A DNA stretch of 64,000 nucleotides from an uncultured Gammaproteobacteria bacterium (GTDB lineage: Bacteria; Patescibacteriota; Microgenomatia; UBA8517), in NCBI GenBank assembly GCA_964427735.1, contig CAYRUS010000001.1, positions 453,790-517,789 of the forward strand. The letters are read 5' to 3'. Under the pieces are notes generated by a model, which made no database searches, was not told the origin of the DNA, and saw nothing but the letters and a program-made list of their open reading frames with translations. Shown here piece by piece: positions 59,792 through 64,000 of the stretch (positions are counted from its first letter, which is position 1; each line of letters starts with the position of its first letter). A program made the translations under genes and the position numbers.

Positions 59792-60640
59792 ATGATTGAC
59801 ATTAGGCAAACTAAACCATACGCGGAATACATTAAAAGAAACGGTTGGATAGTGGAAGGAGGGGAGGGGGAGTATATTTTTATCAGGAAGTTTCCCTTAA
59901 TAGGAAGTTTTATAAAAGTTCAACGACCAGAAAAAATAAATAAAGTATTTTTACAAAAAATAGAAAATACTGCTAAAAAATTTCGATCAGTCCAAATTGT
60001 TATTGAACCAAAAAGTAAGAAAGATAAAAAACTGCTTTTAAATTATGGGTACAAGCAAAGTAAGAACCCATACTTGCCAAGCAAAACATTAGAACTAGAC
60101 TTAACTATATCAAACCAAAAACTTTTCTCCGCACTTCATAAAAACGCTAAGCACTCTCTTCATATTACTGAAAATTTAATTCTTTCACGAAATCCCGATG
60201 TGAAAAGCTTTCAACAGGCATGGAAAAACTCTATCGGATACAGACGTTATGTGCCTAGTAAGCACAAATTAGAATATATTATGGGGTGTTTTGCCTCCTC
60301 TGCACTCTTCTTGGCGTCGCACAATAATAATTTGATTTCAAAAAATACAGTTACAGCAGGTGCAATTTTTCTAATTGCAGACAAAAAAGCATATTATTGG
60401 CAGGCCTTTGCAAACAAAGAAGGTCGTGGTCAGCTAGCCCCCTATCGCCTTCTCTGGGAAGGCATATTGTGGTCGAAAGCAATGGGAGCAAAAGCCTTTG
60501 ATTTTGAAGGTATTTACGACAACCGCTTTCCTAATAAATCGTGGTTGGGTTTTTCCTATTTTAAGGGGAAATTTGGTGGTCATAAGGTTGTTTATCCAGG
60601 AGCATATACAAAAACTACACTCACTAATATGCTAAGATAG
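59792..60640 (+). CDS. FemABX-like protein (second paralog)
   Basis: DIRQTKPYAEY, PSKTLELDL, FDFEGIYD, GFSYFKGKFGG. Confidence 0.85.
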   Translation: MIDIRQTKPYAEYIKRNGWIVEGGEGEYIFIRKFPLIGSFIKVQRPEKINKVFLQKIENTAKKFRSVQIVIEPKSKKDKKLLLNYGYKQSKNPYLPSKTLELDLTISNQKLFSALHKNAKHSLHITENLILSRNPDVKSFQQAWKNSIGYRRYVPSKHKLEYIMGCFASSALFLASHNNNLISKNTVTAGAIFLIADKKAYYWQAFANKEGRGQLAPYRLLWEGILWSKAMGAKAFDFEGIYDNRFPNKSWLGFSYFKGKFGGHKVVYPGAYTKTTLTNMLR

Positions 60641-60644
60641 CTTC

Positions 60645-61079
60645 ATGGTCTTAAAAATTTTTATAATTGTATTCGCTGCTATGATCGCAACTTCATTTTG
60701 GGAAGCCTATGTAGAAGGAAGAAATGCTTGGGATAAGGGTAAATATGGGTGGAAAATAAATTTCGCTAAAAATTTTAAATTAACTGGCTATCATTTTTTC
60801 TTGTTTGGGGTTACGTTTCCGCTGCTACTGCTTTTGCCATTAGTTGTTTCAGGATGGGATACAAAACTGTTTGGTGTCCTTTTTAGCGCTTACACCGCAG
60901 GTCTTGTTATAGAAGACTTATTTTGGTACATAGTAAACCCAGTTGTAAAATTTAAAGAACACAATCCTAATTTTGCAAACTACTACCCATGGTTGAAACT
61001 AGGAAGAATTAACATTCCCCTTTTGTATCTACTAGCTCTTGGTTTGAGTTTAGCTTCCTGGTACTTTCTTTGGAGGTAA
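60645..61079 (+). CDS. Membrane protein
   Basis: 144 aa, 4 TMs; IEDLFWYIVNP. Confidence 0.75.
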   Translation: MVLKIFIIVFAAMIATSFWEAYVEGRNAWDKGKYGWKINFAKNFKLTGYHFFLFGVTFPLLLLLPLVVSGWDTKLFGVLFSAYTAGLVIEDLFWYIVNPVVKFKEHNPNFANYYPWLKLGRINIPLLYLLALGLSLASWYFLWR

Positions 61080-61119
61080 AAATAGAAATCTAACCTCTTA
61101 CTTATTAAAATAATTAATA

Positions 61120-62124
61120 ATGAAAGATCTCCTAAACAAACACGTTTCACTATTTATCAGAAACTTAGAGGCAATCGATTATCTGGAAAACTTTCTAGTT
61201 TCAGCAGTGGCAGCAATACTAGCAATAAGAGTTTTTTTAACGCTAACCGGCTTTCCTCAAATTGCAGGAGCGGGTCTTCATATCGCACACGTTCTGTGGG
61301 GAGGTGTGTTTATGGCAATAGCTTTGTTTTTTTCATTATTTTTTTTAAACAAAGAAGCAAGACACATCTCTGCCGTACTTGGTGGTGCTGGGTTTGGAAC
61401 TTTCATAGATGAACTTGGGAAATTTATTACTGCTGATAACAACTACTTCTTTCAACCAACAATTGCATTAATATATTTGATCTTTGTCATTTTGTTTTTA
61501 CTTATTAGAACATTGGAAAAAAACATTCAGCCGACTCAAAAAGAATATGCACTTAATGCACTTGAACATGTAAAAGAAGCCGTTTTTAATGACTTAGATA
61601 AAATTGAAAAAGAAAAAGTTGAACTGTATCTAAAAAAGATGGACCCTAAGGACTCAATCACTAAAGCCATAATACAAATACTTGAGTCAGAAAAGCTAAA
61701 AAACAGCGAAGATGTATATATATTGTCTCGTCTAAAAAATTACTTGCGAACTAAATACACACAAACTGTTAGAAGAAAACGATTTGCAAATTACATCATG
61801 TGGTTTTTTGTAATTATAGCTTTTGCAAATTTAGTTAATGCATTTCTGGATACAACTCAGGTACTAAACTTTTGGGACGTTGGACTTGTACTTTCTTCTC
61901 TTTTATCTGTAGTTTATATACTGTGCGGGGTCTATTTCTATTACAAAAGTCATCACTTGAAATCATATCAGTCTTATAAAATGTCTGTTATCGTCTCAAT
62001 TTTATTGGTACAATTTTTTAAGTTTTATCACAACCAATTATCAGCATTAATTGGACTTCTCGTTTACACAACAGTGTTGGCCGCACTTGATTTTTTAATT
62101 TCAGAACTAGAGCCTGCGAAATAA
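61120..62124 (+). CDS. Membrane protein
   Basis: HIAHVLWGG, GFGTFIDELGKFIT; about 8 TMs. Confidence 0.8.
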   Translation: MKDLLNKHVSLFIRNLEAIDYLENFLVSAVAAILAIRVFLTLTGFPQIAGAGLHIAHVLWGGVFMAIALFFSLFFLNKEARHISAVLGGAGFGTFIDELGKFITADNNYFFQPTIALIYLIFVILFLLIRTLEKNIQPTQKEYALNALEHVKEAVFNDLDKIEKEKVELYLKKMDPKDSITKAIIQILESEKLKNSEDVYILSRLKNYLRTKYTQTVRRKRFANYIMWFFVIIAFANLVNAFLDTTQVLNFWDVGLVLSSLLSVVYILCGVYFYYKSHHLKSYQSYKMSVIVSILLVQFFKFYHNQLSALIGLLVYTTVLAALDFLISELEPAK

Positions 62125-63203
62125 GACTCATTTTTGTTAGAAAATCTAAAAAAATCCGGGAAATATTTAGGTTTTTGCAGTATTCCTCTTTCTATTAGAT
62201 TTTTTATTTCCGGTGAAAATTTGCTATTTACCTTCCCTACATAAAGCAAACTCAAATCTCCGCCCTCTCTAATATAATCTTCAATTTCATAGAGACCTTG
62301 TAAGTAAACATGATCCTTTATGAAACCTCCACCACGATGTGCTCTTAATGATAATTGCCAAGCCTGTTCATTATTTAACCTGTAAGATTTTAATCTCTCG
62401 AAAGTCTGTTTAAAATTCTCACCTTTAATAACGCAGTCAACAGCAATAACTCTTCCAGCATAATCTTTTAGGCAATTGTTATTAAGCGTATCTGTTACTT
62501 TTTCTGCATATACTGCAAGACCTTCTTCTGTTACTAAATAATCCTCACTAAATTCTCCCCAAATTCTAGAGTCCTGAGATCTACCATTTTCATATCTATA
62601 AATATGTACTTTAACCTCGTGATTAACAAGCCTTTTAATATCATTTTGGCTGTATTTTCTCTTCTTGTTAATAAAAATTGTTTGAAGAGCGTTATTTACA
62701 AATGCTCCATGTTTGTCATGATATTTTACTTTCCACCCACTTATATTTTTAAGTGATTCCTTGATTTTCTCTACTACTTCATTTGAAGAAAGTGTTTTTT
62801 CTTCGTCTGAATTTTCTAATTCATTTAGCAGATTCTCCGCCTTATAAATTAATTTTTCCGAAGGTCTATGAAACAAAAAAAGACTTAGTTCTCTAACTTC
62901 CCTGCTACCTCTTATCTCAACTATTTTATTTTTAATTTGTAGCTTATGTATTTTTCTTTTATAATGTGAAGTGCTCTCACATTCTGGTATTTTCAAGTTT
63001 TCAAGAAATTTAGATACTTCGTTATAGTCATAATCTGGCTCTGCATAAGAAAATTTAGGAGTTTTTATTTTTCCTTTAAGAAACTCTCTTTTTTGTTCTA
63101 GAGAGTTGGTCGGTTCAATGTAGTGAATTATCTTTAACTTCTTGGAGATTTTCTCAAGGGTTTTATCTATTTCTACTAAGCTTCTTGCGGCAGGATCTTT
63201 CAC
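62064..63203 (-). CDS. DUF1704/MATCAP-like metallocarboxypeptidase
   Basis: HEVKVH (HExxxH), TEEGLA, RAHRGGGFIKDHVYLQG, LYVGK. Confidence 0.88.
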   Translation of the reverse strand: MKDPAARSLVEIDKTLEKISKKLKIIHYIEPTNSLEQKREFLKGKIKTPKFSYAEPDYDYNEVSKFLENLKIPECESTSHYKRKIHKLQIKNKIVEIRGSREVRELSLFLFHRPSEKLIYKAENLLNELENSDEEKTLSSNEVVEKIKESLKNISGWKVKYHDKHGAFVNNALQTIFINKKRKYSQNDIKRLVNHEVKVHIYRYENGRSQDSRIWGEFSEDYLVTEEGLAVYAEKVTDTLNNNCLKDYAGRVIAVDCVIKGENFKQTFERLKSYRLNNEQAWQLSLRAHRGGGFIKDHVYLQGLYEIEDYIREGGDLSLLYVGKVNSKFSPEIKNLIERGILQKPKYFPDFFRFSNKNESYFAGSSSEIKKSSAANTVV

Positions 63204-63259
63204 AGGCTATATACTAACTTAGGCACAGGTTTTATTCAATACCTAAATTTTCACAGATT

Positions 63260-64000
63260 TTACTTTGATGAAGTATCTAAAAAATTAGGTAAATACTTTG
63301 GTGGCTGTAATATGCCTTCATTTAATAATCTTTCTACCATGTCTAAGTGATGTAAGCCAATTTTACCTACATAAAGTATTTTTGCGTCTCCCCCTTTTTC
63401 TATGTAATCTTTAACTTTAAAATATCCGTCTAAATAAACATAATCCTTTGTAAATCCACCGCCTCTGTATGCCCTTAGAGTCAAATCCCATGCCATTCCA
63501 TTCTCTATGTCAAAATCTTTAAGTCTTGCGAAGGCTTCTCTAAAACTTAGATTATTCAAGACTGAGTCAACCGAAACAACTCTCCCGGCATAACTTCTCA
63601 ACACACCTGGATTACTATTACCTGTAACTTCCTCGTTATATGTTGCTAACCCCTCTTCTGTCATCATGTAACCAGGAAGCCCTTTTGCAAAAAGCTTCCA
63701 AGGTTGAAGAGAACCATTTATACCTCTATAGATATGGGTCTCAACTTCATGGACCAAAAGTCTTGCCGCCTCACTTTTACCAAACATTCTCTCTTTATTC
63801 AAATAAAGAGTACGACGAGGTCGATCAAGAAAAACACCATATTTGGAATGATACTCTACTGTCCATCTGATTTTGTACTGATTAAAATAATCTTCAAAAT
63901 GCTTCTTTATTTCCGAAGCTGGCAATTCTTTACTTTCTTCTTCTACTTTTTCGTCTCTGAGAATCTCTTCTGCTTTAGTTAATAATGCTTTATCTGGTTT
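63260..64000 (-). CDS. Second DUF1704/MATCAP-like peptidase (5' end beyond window)
   Basis: HEVETH, TEEGLA, RAYRGGGFTKDYVYLDG; frame open to base 64000. Confidence 0.88.
   Translation of the reverse strand, partial: KPDKALLTKAEEILRDEKVEEESKELPASEIKKHFEDYFNQYKIRWTVEYHSKYGVFLDRPRRTLYLNKERMFGKSEAARLLVHEVETHIYRGINGSLQPWKLFAKGLPGYMMTEEGLATYNEEVTGNSNPGVLRSYAGRVVSVDSVLNNLSFREAFARLKDFDIENGMAWDLTLRAYRGGGFTKDYVYLDGYFKVKDYIEKGGDAKILYVGKIGLHHLDMVERLLNEGILQPPKYLPNFLDTSSK

Noticed and set aside
1-64000. Alternative genetic code 25 as in Gracilibacteria/Absconditabacteria
   Set aside because: Conserved genes translate full length under code 11, and several (nusA, hrcA, sortase) end in TGA.

Overview
AT-rich chromosomal segment, standard genetic code, most consistent with a Patescibacteria/CPR genome (Microgenomates, Woesebacteria-like). 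This placement is inferred from gene content, trimmed core proteins and near-absence of Shine-Dalgarno sites. Core genes are rpoB (5' part), mltG, yqgF, sortase, alaS, rodZ-like, ftsK, rnj, udg, tgt, a protease-less Lon ATPase, pnp, rpsO, infB, nusA, dnaJ/dnaK/grpE/hrcA (three CIRCE operators), murJ, rpsT and pcrA. A large envelope locus holds pilN/pilO-like genes, Pro/Thr-rich surface proteins with LPxAG sorting signals, three GT-C/PMT glycosyltransferase genes, an LCP enzyme and two FemABX genes. Single orphan genes are wedged between core genes. The most striking observation is a ~210-bp stretch (30691-30901) stacking three relics: a diverged dnaJ 3' end, the C-terminus of a homolog of the adjacent 713-aa gene, and a degenerate copy of the nusA promoter. 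It appears to record successive integrase-free cassette replacements. Other highlights are pervasive leaderless promoter geometry, a large structured element upstream of an atypical tgt, attenuator-like leaders on rpoB and nusA, heptad repeats, and tandem DUF1704/MATCAP-like peptidases. I saw no rRNA, tRNA, CRISPR array or transposase. All family calls come from motif recognition by eye; no database searches were run.
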